64,000 nucleotides of DNA from Felis catus. Its lineage: Eukaryota. The stretch covers positions 21,638,001 to 21,702,000 of the forward strand of contig NC_058381.1 of the NCBI RefSeq assembly GCF_018350175.1, read 5' to 3'. Both the position numbers and the translations under genes were made by a program. Positions 11,771 to 23,595 of the stretch are shown piece after piece; the first letter of the stretch is position 1; every line of letters starts with the position of its first letter. The notes below the pieces were generated by a model. That model was given only the letters and a program-made list of their open reading frames with translations, was not told the origin of the DNA and made no database searches.

Positions 11771-13205
11771 CGTGTACTCAGACCCGCTGGAGGAGGGGTC
11801 TCCATGGGAGCCCTGGGCTCAGGCTGCCCCGCAGAGGGGAAGGGAGGAGAGCGTCTGGCTGGCCCCGCTGGCTTGCCAGCCTGCACAGATTCTGCAAAGC
11901 GAGGAGCTGTCGCGTGTCAAAATATTCAGTGGTGATGCATGAATTAGCAGAGATCAGTCTGTGTTTAAGAAATCTTGACGGAGCAGCCCAAAGCACAAAT
12001 CAAAGCCATCAAGTGAATGAGACTGTTCATCCGATTAACACACATCCAGCACCTGGCTCTGCAGAGCGCAGGAGCAGGGCTGGGGCTGGCTTCCCGACCG
12101 CGCGGGCAATGTTTGCCCGTTCACTTGTCTGTCCGTGTTCCATGGCCGGGGAGGGGATCGTCTCCAGGAATGCGCTGCGGGCTCTGCTTCAAGGTCATCG
12201 CATCCCTGGGTTTTCAACAATCATAAAAGAGCTCATGTCGGGGCTCAAGGTAGGGCAGCATTTCCACCACCAGATGCGAACCCATGAGGACTCCGTACCA
12301 AGGGGATCAGGGCGGTCCAGCCGCCAGCTCCCTCTGCTCTTGGCAAGGGCTGAGGCAAAGCCAGCCCCAGGCTGAGAGGCTGAGCCTGGAGATGTCACCA
12401 GACTCTCTCCCGAGCAGACAGATCTCAGAGGGTGGGAGCTGGAGTTGGCAGGGGTGGAGGAAGGCATCTCGGTGGGGCCTGGAAAACTCTGTCGCCCTGA
12501 AGCTGCATCTCGTTGCTAGGCTTCATGCCTGGATTTCTACCTTGAAGCTCTACTGGGGGCAGGGGTTCTGCCCAGAGCCCCAACACATCTGACAAACACC
12601 TTGACCTCCCACTAAGTTCTTCCTGCTCTTTCTTCTTTGTAGAGGGATTTGTTCCCTGTTCCCCCAAGCCTAGGTTGGAACCCACGTTTAACCTGGACAC
12701 ATACCTGTGTATCCTTCCCTCATTCCTTCTCTTCCTCCCTCCCTTCCACAGGCCACAATTATCTATCAAATGCCAGCTCTGTGCCAGGCACCAGTCGAGC
12801 TTTGCTTCTAGTTGGGGGGAACAGCTTTAGAAAATATAACATATAGGATGTTAGGTGATAAATGCCAAGGATGAACGTTAAGGAACGGGGATAAGAAGGC
12901 TCGATGTGAGTGTATGGACAAGTGCTGTGTGATCCAGATGATACAGAGAAATGGCGAGCCTGCCCCTTCCTGCAGGTCATGCCTCTTGGAGGTGGCTCTG
13001 CCTGGAACCCAGTGTGGCATGAGGGCCATCTTCCCGGGTTGGGTTCTATAAGCTCCCACAATATTTTGTTTTCTGCTTTTACCCCTCTCCAGATTGCCAG
13101 CCTACTGCAGGGCTCTCAGGGTACCACCTGTCAAGGTGGCCTGGCACCTCTGCCCTGGCATGAATTACAAATAAGCCACATCTGTTAAAATAAAAACTAA
13201 ACAAC

Positions 13206-13208
13206 AAA

Positions 13209-13239
<31 letters not shown>

Positions 13240-13240
13240 A
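13206..13240. repeat. (TAAA)n microsatellite
   Basis: direct inspection. Confidence 0.95.
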
Positions 13241-14064
13241 AACCAAGCCACATCTGATGGTCTCAGGGTGATCATGGCCTCCATACATAACTGTAGTATA
13301 GGATTACAGTGGACAGCCCACAGGGTGCTCTTTATGAAGACTACAATGTGAACGGTGCTCCCTAGGGTTGGGCAGTACACAACCTGTGGAACTGATCATG
13401 GCAGCCTACCTGGGTCTGCTGCACAAACACTGCAGGGCCATGCTGTGGTTGGATTCCACGTAAAAGAGTGTTAAGCAAATAGTTCCTACCCGAGAACTGG
13501 CTTCCACCAGTACTTGGTCTTTCCATCTCCCATCCCCCATCCTGGACCTTGACCCACACCCATGGAGACCTTTGAGACCTGCCTGCCCCTTCTTTCTGAC
13601 CTTAGCTGGTCCTCCATGCTCTGTCACCTGGCTGACCTGATGACCTCTTCACTGCATTTGCATTTCAGGTCTCCCGCCCCCCATTTCTCTGGTAACACAT
13701 CCACCCTGCCCAGCTCCTTCCAAGCTCCTAGAGCAGGGCATTCTGTCTGCTTTGCCTTCCCGCTACCCATGCCCTGGAGGCGCTCAGTTCAGAAAGCACT
13801 GCTCCCCTCCGCACGTCTAGAATCACAGGGTGTCGGATCTTGTCCACACAGCATCCATCACGCCTCAAAAAACAGCAGAGTCAGGTTGGAGACCAAGACC
13901 TGTCTGGCTCCCAAGCTTTGTGCTCTTCACCTCGCATCACTGCTGCCCTTGGTGTGTGTGGATTCCCAGCACAGCGTGCTCAAGAAACAGACACTGATTC
14001 CCCACAGAAAAGATGGCTGCCTTAGCCACTTCCCGAGGGCCAGGCACGGGAGTTAAGTTATTCG

Positions 14065-14220
14065 TCCAACTTCTCTGACAGTGAGAGCCATCAAGGGGTA
14101 CTTGCTAAACATGTAAACCCCAAAGACCACTCACAACCACAGTATCAGGATTTCTGGGCAATGCTGTATTTAAAACACATCCCAGATGATTCTCATGACT
14201 GTGAGATTCTAGGAAATCTG
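14065..14220. mobile_element. MER5-family hAT MITE
   Basis: CTGTATTTAAAACACATCCCAGATGATTCTCATG. Confidence 0.5.
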
Positions 14221-14229
14221 GGGAGAGGA

Positions 14230-14465
14230 TAGTAACAATAGCGAACATTATTGAACATACCCTTCATGCCAAGAAGTGTCCCAAGGGCTCTCCATATAGC
14301 AATTTTATCAGTCTGCTAACGACTTCCTGAGGTAGGTCTTATCATTATTCCCACTGTACGGGTGAAGGAAGGTAGGCACAAAGAGGTTAAGAAACTTTCT
14401 CAAGGTCGTACAGCTAACTTCTTCTGACTGCACAGCCTGCCCCTTGACTACCACGCTGTGCTGCC
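14230..14465 (-). mobile_element. MIR
   Basis: near full length: AACATTATTGAAC...ATTATTCCCACTGTAC...GAGGTTAAGAAACTTTCTCAAGGTCGTACAGCTA. Confidence 0.8.
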
Positions 14466-14889
14466 CGGCAAAGAAAAGATCTCTTGTCAATTTGAGGCAC
14501 TGGGAGAATGAGCGATCACCTAAGCGGTGAGATAAAAAACCCTTTGGGAAAAGGAAACTTGCAATACACTAACAGTGCTTGGAATTCCGTGCCATCAGAG
14601 GGCTCCATCGTCCATCAAAATCTGGCCCAAAGGACTATACTTGAAGCTGCTATCATTCACTTCCAGCTCTCGTAAAGGGAGGAGTTAGCAATAGCTTGGC
14701 TCAGGAGAAAGGGAAAAGAATGAGTCTGTTGCCTGGTGGTAGAAGGGAAAGGTAGCCATCAGGTGGGACCAAGCAGGACCTCCTGGCTCTGCTCTGCCCC
14801 CACCATCTCTATTTGCACAGCTCTGCTCTCTGCAACTCTAGCTCCCTCCACTCTGTGACAGCCCGATCAAATGGGGTCCATCAGTCCTC

Positions 14890-15095
14890 CCACCCCTATT
14901 CTGTCACTTTTCATGACATTTATTTTTTACCATTAGTTTCCATATACACGCGCGTTTCGTTGCTCCTCCTATTCACTCAACAGACTTTGAACTCCTTCAA
15001 GATTGAGATGAAGTCATACGTATCTTTGCATCCCCACAGTGCCCAGAGCATTCCTGTTCCCTGAAGGTGCTTGACAAATGTTTCACAAATACACA
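14890..15095 (+). mobile_element. L2 3' end
   Basis: CAGACTTTGAACTCCTTCAAG...TCTTTGCATCCCCACAGTGCCCAGAGCA...GGTGCTTGACAAATGTTT. Confidence 0.65.
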
Positions 15096-15166
15096 TACAG
15101 ATGGGTGGCTGGGACACCCTAAGAAAACTTCATGGACTTTAGAGCCCTGAGTAGGCTGCACAAGAG

Positions 15167-15332
15167 CAGTGTCTCTCAAAATTTAACATGCAAAGGAATG
15201 ATCTGGGGCTGTTGTTAAATGCAGATCTTGGTGCAGAAGGTCTGAGGTAGGACCAGACAGGCTGCACTTGTTAACAAGCTCCCAGGTGAATGCCAAAGCC
15301 ACTGGCCCAGGACCACACTCTGCTCTAAAGCA
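15167..15332. mobile_element. MER5A hAT-Charlie MITE
   Basis: CAGTGTCTCTCAAAATTTAA...TTGTTAAATGCAGAT...TTAACAAGCTCCCAGGTGA...GGACCACACT. Confidence 0.85.
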
Positions 15333-15512
15333 GGACTTTAGAGGATCACTTTCCTCTTATTCTATGTGCTGCCTCATGCTGATTTAATGTTTCACAAGGA
15401 AAGAACTGGGAGCTGGGTTCATTTCTCCTAAGAGGCTGTCTTCTGTGCTCAAGCTGAGCTAAGTCAACATTCTTATATGGATCATACACTGATTTCAAAA
15501 TCAATAAATATG

Positions 15513-15547
15513 ATTCAATTCAATTCAATTCAATTCAATTCAATTCA
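15513..15547. repeat. (ATTCA)7 pentanucleotide microsatellite
   Basis: seven perfect units. Confidence 0.98.
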
Positions 15548-15700
15548 CTGCAAAATGCTGAAGTCCCAGTGTTTACATCACAGTTTTACCCATTTATGAC
15601 ATCTATCATGGCACCTCTCACGTTTCTGCATTTTAAACATTTATTCCCACATCAACATGCCCACTGTGTGAGATAATTAAAAAAACCAATGCTTCCACTA

Positions 15701-15938
15701 GGGGCACCTGGGTGGCTCAGATGGTTAAGCATCTGACTTTGACTCAGGTCATGATCTCACAGTCCATGAGTTCAAGCCCCACATGAGGCTCTGTGCTGAC
15801 AGCTCAGAGCCTGGAGCCTGCTTTGGATTCTGTGTCTCCCTTTCTTTCTGCCCCTCCCCTGCTCATGCTCTGTCTCTGTCTGTCTCTCTCTCTCTCTCAA
15901 ATAAGTAAAAGAAAAACATTAAAAATAAAAAAAAAAAG
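15701..15938 (+). mobile_element. Can-SINE
   Basis: full element; TSD AATGCTTCCACT / AATGTTTCCACT. Confidence 0.96.
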
Positions 15939-16559
15939 AATGTTTCCACTGTATTATTTTTCACATATTCTCTGCCTCTTTTGGTTAAAAACAGTCCCCA
16001 TCCCATCAGCTGAGAGGCTGGTTTCCTGTCTCCCTTGATAGATCTGGGGATCCTTGGACTCGTTCTGTTTCTGTTACTCTTTTAATGATTTCCCAGGGCT
16101 GATGGCACGACTGTGTGCACACGATGAATCAGGAAGCTTCTGGCTAGTCAAGTGCTTGAGTCTATCATAACACTGCAGAACCTGCTTATGATGGACACAG
16201 CCAACAGAATGGTACCTGCACCTGTTACTCATTGTCTCAAATTCTGAGAGCCAGGTTTTGCACCACCACTTATACTCTCTTCCTGCCTAACCCCACTTTC
16301 CACTCTTTCACGTCAAAGATGGAATCTGGAGGGCACCCGTCCTGGCACCCAATGGTGACTATGAAACTCTTCCCTTTGTCCCCTCTTCCTAAGTCTTCTC
16401 TGTGGAGGAGACACAGTGGACCTCTATATGAATAAAACACCTTGGCCTTTGGGCATGTGGGGTGATCCCTTTCTCATCAAATATGAGATGGAGCTTTTCC
16501 GCCCAGCATGGACTAGCAATCCGGGTCTTCTAGTGCTGCACACTGTGCCAAGGATTTGA

Positions 16560-16990
16560 AACTGATCGTGCAAATATATAGACGTAATGAAAAGATTTAA
16601 TTATATACAAATTAAGACAATGGAGACACGAGATTGATGGAAGGTTTAGTCAAAGCAGAAAGTTAAAAGAGGCCTACAAATCACAGCTATTAAGGGGAAA
16701 TAAAAAATACGGCTTTGAGGTTCCTTGTGGCCAAAGCGTAAGGGGCAATACAATCAGTTGCGTGGTCAGCAGTGGAAGATGCTTGCCATCTCCTTCCAGT
16801 TAACAGTGCTTTTTCTTGGTGATTAGGTCTAGAAGCAATTTCTCCTACAAGTATTCATAATGGGGATGTTGGACAGTAGAATAAACAACATCATTTTCAA
16901 CATCTCTACAAGGTGTGTAATATCACTTTGTAGGACACTTGCTTCAAGGCAAGTCAGAGCAAAATGTTCTGCCTCATATCTGGGCAACTC
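16560..16990. mobile_element. ancient LINE-like remnant (possibly L4/RTE-X)
   Basis: TTTGAGGTTCCTTGTGGCCAAAGCGTAAGGGGCAATACAATCAGTTGC resembles a remembered ancient mammalian repeat; family uncertain. Confidence 0.3.
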
Positions 16991-17239
16991 AGATAAAGCG
17001 AATTCTTAACTTGGATTGAGAAGGAAAGGGGGGTTTACTAAATTTTCTAAGATGTCATGCACAGCTCAACAAAATATTAAATATCCTGATATAATTTTAT
17101 ATTTGTTAAATGAAAAGAGCCTTCATAACACAAATTGCATGAAGTGAAACCCGACAAAATCAGTGTAGGTAGTGAAATATGGTCAAAGAGCTTTCATGGG
17201 TTTTGATTTTGCACAAAATTCAACTAAAATGTGGGGTGA

Positions 17240-17480
17240 AACTAGAATATAGGGCTTGTGTGGAGTCAGACAGACCCCAGCTCTACCATTTACCCTGTGA
17301 GGGACCCTGGACAAGTTTCTTACGATCTCTGAGCTTCAATCCTCTCCAGGAAAATGGAGACACAAATATATTTACACATCAAAATGCTGATGTAAAAACT
17401 GAAGGAGGTGATGCATTGGAGATGTCAGCATATTATCTGGATGCACTAAACACCCAATGAATAGAAGCTCTTCAATTGTT
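17240..17480 (+). mobile_element. MIR
   Basis: TGGAGTCAGACAGACCCCAGCTCTACCATTTAC..TGTGA...CCTGGACAAGT...CTCTGAGCTTCA. Confidence 0.75.
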
Positions 17481-17494
17481 ATCATCCATAAGTA

Positions 17495-17690
17495 CATTGT
17501 CCAGTACGATAACTACTATCCATACATGGCTATTGAAAGTTAAATTAATGACAAGTCAATAAAATCTAAACTTTAGTTTCTCATTTGCAAGTGTTTAATA
17601 GTCCCACGTGACTAGTGCCTACTGTATTGGCCAGCACAGATACTGAGACCTTCCCATTATCGCAGAAGGTTCTCTTGGATAAAACTGATC
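17495..17690. mobile_element. MER3 hAT-Charlie MITE
   Basis: TGTCCA...CATGGCTATTGA...TAAAATCTAAACTTTAGTTTCTCA...CACGTGACTAGTGCCTACTGTATTGG...CGCAGAAGGTTCTCTTGGA. Confidence 0.8.
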
Positions 17691-20600
17691 TAGAGGGACA
17701 TATGAAGGACATATCATTGAAACTATTCTTCAAAATATTATTTCTCTCAAGCTAGCTTTGGTAAAATTTGGGCAAGCGATACTCTTTGGGAAAAGCCTGG
17801 TGGGAAGATACTTTGATTTTCTAAGCAAATTAGATCTATATCCTCAAAAAAAAAAAAAAAAAGGAGATAGCTCATGAAATTTGAGAACACTGGCGAGGCT
17901 GACCTTCTAAATTGCTTGCTACCCCCTGGTCATGTGGAAAGTGGACCGAGGGTCCATCTCTAGGCAGAGTGAGAAATTGCCTTTGAAAATAGTCCTGCAC
18001 CTGCTGCAATAACATGAATATGTAAAGTATCAGCTCCCCGGCCTTCCTTGAATTGTTTCCAAATTCTTGTACTTTTCCCGGTTTGAAATAGTAACTGCTA
18101 TCGTCAGGAGAATCCCCCAGAAACAGAAGGAGGAACAAAGAGAACAATTACATGAAAACCCAGCTCTCGTCTGCTGTTGGCCTACAGGCCAGGGATGTGC
18201 AGTTCCGGGCTCTGCGGCATCCCTGCTCATTTGCTCCTGGCAAGCTCCCTTCTTGCTGTGTGTCCTTCTGTCAGCGCCGGGAGTGAAGAGGGAGCAATTC
18301 CATAATCAATCTTCAGCCCTTTGAAGAAACTCCAGCAATGAACTCGAGCCACATTAACAGCCTCATGCTTCTTCCTTGACCTCGTCCTTAATTGCATGAC
18401 CAAAGTTCAAGAAATCTTGAATGCAAGCACTGCCTTCAGATAACTGGTAAACCTCTCTCTCTTTTGCGTATCCCCATGAGGCAGGGATGAGGAAGTGCTT
18501 TCGAAGAAAAGGAAGCGTTTCCAAAGGTCTAGAGTCCTCTAGGTTGGCTAACTGTGGCACTCTGGAGGACAGGTTGGTAATTGCCTGTAGGAATTTCTAA
18601 GCACTCTGAAAACATCTCTGACTATTGTTTTTAAATGAAAACATGGGGGGGGGGCGGTAAAGAGAGGACATCTGTCCAAATAAAAGCTAGAAACACAAGT
18701 CCGACTTGATACACACAAGAAAAGCTAAGTACCTTCCCTCTGTGTGTGTGTGAGGGTGGTGAGGAACAGGGGGCTGGGACATTCGCATAAATGTGGATTT
18801 CCACATCTCGGTTTTTTCTAAGTGGGTTGCACTTGCAATATAATGAAAGTCAAGTGTGCACTCCAGGGCACGGTGGCTCGCTAAGGCTGATGGGGGGGGG
18901 GGGATACCTAATGTTTATTCCTGGAAGATGAAATAATTAAAATAAGGAAATGAAAGCCCTGACCAAGGCTGACACTTTCTTAAAAGGTTTTGGCTTCATA
19001 TTTATCGCAAGAACAGGAGTTTGTTTTCACGGACAGAGGATTCATTTCGCCCACATAACCCATATTTCCCTCACCTGCTTTCCGTTCAGACAAGCCCCAT
19101 GAGAAAAACGTGATCTCCAATTCACCAGCAGTAAGAAAGATAAAGGCCTGGGAACTCCACAAGTACGTTCTCCTAATTATCATAACTGGCATTTTTTTTT
19201 TATTTGGCAAACCATCTATTCAGATTAAACTACAGCCCAGGAGTCTTTTATTTGAAGATTGCCAGTGTGTGGTGGAGAGGTAGCTCAATTGTGTGATTTC
19301 CACAGCGTTAATAGCCCAAAGAGAAGCACTGAAAGAGAGCCCAGTATTTGCATGCAAGTGATTTTTGTTAGGGAAGATCTAAAAATACTTACTGCAGCCT
19401 CTCTCCCTGTCCTCTCCCCTCAAAGCCAGCCCAGGACCTTTCCCTATTTAAACACCCAGAAAAGATGTGTCAGAAGTCGTCTGTGATTACCCTCATGTCC
19501 CAGTTTCCCCTAAGATCTAAATAAACAAACGAGTCCAACAAATGTGTCAGGAGGCTCTGGCTCAGCTTAGCATTAGGGATATATTTACCCATTTAATAAC
19601 TGTTATTTATCCAGTCATTTAATTGCACCATTGTAAACACCCAGGGAAACCCTTGGGGGAAGGTAGCTCAGTTGCTGAGATGAGACAGATATTAAAGCCC
19701 TGTTCCTGCAGCCCGGCTCCCTCACAGAGCAAGTCTCCGGGTCTGGGATTGGGGTGAGTTTTTTTTTTTTTATATGTCATAGGGACCCACCAAGAGGCCT
19801 CCACCCACTTGGCATGCTGCTTTTCACAGAGTAAGTGTGCGATGTATCAAAAAAGGAATGAGTGAAGAACACAGACAGGGGGACCAGGGAAGAAAGAAAT
19901 GCTCTGTTTAGAATATGTGGAGATCCAAGTCTCCGCCAGCAAAAGCCTTCGCCAGTGACCAGTGCTTTGCTGGTGCCAGAGGACAGGTGGGGGCCAAGCT
20001 TTAAAAGGCTTTCATCAGTCTAGGGCCACAAGAACTATGCATCTTGGGGTTAGGCCATCACAGCAGCAGGTACCCCCAAAGGAGTGATCTGGGCATCATG
20101 GCAGCGTTTCTGAATCCAGCTTTGCTTCCTATCCTTTGACCGATGCCTCCTCTATCAGTCTCGGGGATTTGGAGGCTTTTGTTTTTCACTCTCTGGGAAT
20201 CCCTCAGACCTGCCAACATTCACTGTGGCTCTCCTTTTGAGATAGAATTTTGCATTTGCCTTTGACCTTCTCTTTTAGCCAATCTCAGGTCATTAATTCA
20301 TCTGAGTAGGCTCTGGATCCTGGGACCCAACCCGAGTTCATCCACCTGGCTGGTACAAGCCAGCCTGGTGCCCTTAAAACTCCCTCCTCACCTCTAGTGA
20401 AGGTTCCAGGTACTCCATAAAAAGCATTTGCAGCTATAATCCAGAAGCTCAGGAACCATCTAGAAGCGGCATCATGTTTTCCCCATCCCTCTTGCTCTGG
20501 TCTGATGTTTCTAAATTCTCTCAAGGGCCATCTTTTTTTTTTTTTCCCCAGTTCTTCCTCTTTGCCTAACTCCTTCAGATTGATATTCCAGTCAGTCTAG

Positions 20601-21059
20601 GCTTCTGGTTTGTGATAGTGACTTTGCCCCAGGAAACCTCTGAGGGAGAGGCATTTCTGCCATGCCCTCTCATGGACCCACGCTCAGTGGTTTTCCAGCT
20701 CTCTTATGGTTAGGAAAGGACCCAGCAGCAGAGGACCAGGGATGAACACATCACGTGAGCGCCACTCACTATTACTGGATCATGGACTGTTAAATGTTCT
20801 CTGCAATCAAATAGGTTGGAGAAGGCCGCTTCTGACATTCCCCTTTAGAAAGTCATCATGGACGTGAGCACATAAAAGTCCTCACTAGTCTGTGGGGAAG
20901 AAACTGCTTGCTTTGCGTACTCAGTGCTTCCCATGCCTATGTGAGCACCAAACCCATTTTTATAATGTTGCATCTAAAACATCCCTTGGAGCTAGTATCA
21001 CCCAGAACACCACCCACTTTGCAAAAATGTTGACCTTGCCCAAATTCCCCGCTCTGTTT

Positions 21060-21077
21060 TACACACGCGCGTGCACA

Positions 21078-21110
<33 letters not shown>

Positions 21111-21120
21111 ACGCGCATGC
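21060..21120. repeat. compound (CA)n/(CG)n alternating purine-pyrimidine tract
   Basis: 61 nt of uninterrupted RY alternation. Confidence 0.97.
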
Positions 21121-21198
21121 TTGCCCACAGGCAACAGACCGCTGTGCTGACATCATTCTCCATTTCAACAACACCCCTTCACAGAGCCACAGTCCTGC

Positions 21199-21262
21199 TG
21201 CAGAAACAAGGCCCATACCCCCATTTTTGCTGCAGAAACAAGGCCCATACCCCCATTTTTGC
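21199..21262. repeat. perfect 32-bp tandem duplication
   Basis: TGCAGAAACAAGGCCCATACCCCCATTTTTGC x2. Confidence 0.97.
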
Positions 21263-21331
21263 CTCCACAGGCCCCGCTGACCCACAGGGAGGCACTCATA
21301 TCCATAGATACTAAGAATTCATCATGCAAAT

Positions 21332-21644
21332 CAGGGTTCGCAAACTTCTGAAAAAGAGCCAGATAGTAACTATTTTAGACTCCGCTCAACTCGACTTTGC
21401 TCTTGTAGCCTGAACGCAGCCACAGACAATATCTGCACAAACAAGGGTGGCTGGGTTCCAACAAAACCTTATTTCTGGATACTAAAACTTGAATTTGATA
21501 CAATTTTCACACGCCACAAAGTGTTGTTCTTCTTTTGACTCGCTTTCTACCATTTGAAAATGTAGAGGAATTCTAAGCTCACCGGCCACACAGAAACAGG
21601 CAGCAGGCTGATTTGGCCCGTGGGCCAACAGTTTGTCAGCTCTC
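21332..21644. mobile_element. MER58B-like hAT-Charlie MITE
   Basis: CAGGG..GCAAACTT...GCCAGATAGTAA.TATTTTAG...GCAGCCACAGACAATA...GTTCCAACAAAACCTTATTT...ATTTGGCCCGTGGGCC..AGTTTG. Confidence 0.85.
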
Positions 21645-22499
21645 ACTTCATACCATTAAATAGGTTTCTAAAAACTGCCCGGATTTTTTGCACATAGAAT
21701 CCTATTGTAATGTGTCCAAGAACCTGCTCCCTAAAGGATATCGTGATGAACCTTTAGCAATGCAAATCCCTCGATTCCTAAATCTGGTGCCAAGCAGGGG
21801 CCTTCTGAAAAGTGACTGCTCTCCTTGGCCCTATCAAAGGGACCTCGGCACTGAAGTCTGGCTTTCTGGTGTCCCTGCATCCCAGGAGGAATCTCACGCC
21901 AAAAGAGCCTCTGTCTTTGGCCGACGTTAGCCCCACTGGCTCTCCAGCTGCAAGAGAATTGGCCTCTGAGCCGGTTCTAGTTGGAAGCTCTCTGCCCCCA
22001 GCTCTACTCAAGGAGTTGTGTGTTTTCGCCACAGCGACACAAGCTGCAAGACAGCAGAGATGCCCGTCTCTTGTTTGCACGCTGTCACTGCCGTGACAAA
22101 CGTTGCATCCCAAGTCTGAGAGCTGCTTTGACTTACTGACAAGGCCGTCCTCTCCCCCTGAGAGACAAAGCCGGCCGCCTTGCCCACACGTGTGCTTTGC
22201 CATTAGCTCAGAGGCAGGAGGGACCCACTGTCAGCCAAGACGGTCATAGATAGCATCTCGCCCCCCACTCCGGGGGGATGTGGAAATGCTCAACCAGCCA
22301 ATCATTTTCCCTCCAGGATGCCAGGCACCCAGCCTGATGGGGACTTTTCACTGCTGTGACTGAATCAGTGGGGGCATGGGTGGGGGCGGGGCAGATGCTG
22401 GTTTGGTGTGCTTTTTGAGGAAGGTTCTGGGCACTGAGCAGGTGGTAGGAGTTAGGTGGACTCTGCAAGGCACTCGGGAGTGGCTTACGTCATCAAGTT

Positions 22500-22680
22500 T
22501 TTCATTCATGATTCACTCGGGCATTCAACAAGCACTGGCGGGGTACCAGTTTTGTGTGAGGCCCCATGCTAGGTACGGCTGATGCAGAAGCTGGTGAATG
22601 GCACAAGATTGCCTCTCTCCTGGAGCTTCCTGCCCAGTGAGACAGACAAGGACCTAATCAACCTGTCACAACACAAGGCT
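22500..22680 (-). mobile_element. L2 3' end
   Basis: TTCATTCA..CATTCAACAAGCACT...TGCCTCTCTCCTGGAGCTT. Confidence 0.6.
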
Positions 22681-22779
22681 CCCGGAGAAGGTGCACAGTC
22701 AGCCAGAGGGAATGTTTCAGTCTCTCCTTCTCTCTTTCCCTCGCTGTCTCTCCTTTTCCCCTAACCTACTGAAATGACT

Positions 22780-23595
22780 TCTCACGAGGGTCCCAACTCT
22801 GATGGCGTGCCCCCCACCCTCCTTCTGCAAATCCACTCACGGAAGCAACCAGACACTTTAGAACCTGGTAACCTCACCATGACATTCCCTCTCTCAAACA
22901 CCTTCCATGGGTGGATGTCTATAACGCTTAGAACTAAAATCCTACCAGGGCCCATGAGCTCTGTAGACCTCAGACCCTCCATCTACACCCTCCCCTCTTT
23001 GTTTACTGTGATGTTTCCAGATGCCTCATATATGTTCTTTCTTCTCCCATACGTACAATAGGTCTGGAACCACATGGTTGTATCCAAATGTTGACTCCCT
23101 TATGCATTAGCTGAACGATTTGGAACATGTCAGTTCACCTCTCACTGCCTCAGTTTCCTCCTCTGTCAAATGGGCATAATAATAGTGCCCCCCTCAAAGG
23201 GCTGCTGCGAGGATGAAACGAGGTAATACACACAGGTGCCTGGAAAGCACCTGGCACAGAGGACACACTCAATAATGTCTGTCACCACCTTATCATCAGC
23301 ACTGCTTATCTTTCAGCTGGAAAGCTGAATGCCCCTTCCGCAGAGAAGCCTTCCTTGATACGATTCAGTTAAGCACTCCTTTTACATATTCTCTGAGTAC
23401 CTTGCACTCTCTCTTTAAATCATGGCCACAAGTGGTCTTTATATGGTTACGTTTCAAATGGCTGGCTTTTGGTTTAAAATCTGTCTCACTACACTCTAGC
23501 TTTCATGCTCCTGGTGGCATGCCTGCTCTACGACAGGCATTAAATAAAAGGATACTGAATGAATAAAGGAAGGAAGGAACGAATGAATGAATGGA
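22780..23595 (+). mobile_element. L2 fragments, interrupted by the MIR at about 23062-23290
   Basis: CTTAGAACTAAAATCC; AGAAGCCTTCCTTGA; TGTCTCACT..ACTCTAGCTT; ends in a (TGAA)n tail. Confidence 0.6.
23062..23290 (+). mobile_element. MIR
   Basis: core GCCTCAGTTTCCTCCTCTGTCAAATGGGCATAATAATAGTGCC...GAGGATGAAACGAG...CCTGGCACAGAG. Confidence 0.85.

Noticed and set aside
11722-12375. Longest gap-free ORF (217 aa)
   Set aside because: No recognisable domain, GTG start, R/G/S/A-rich composition typical of GC-rich non-coding DNA, and it begins in an L2-like tract
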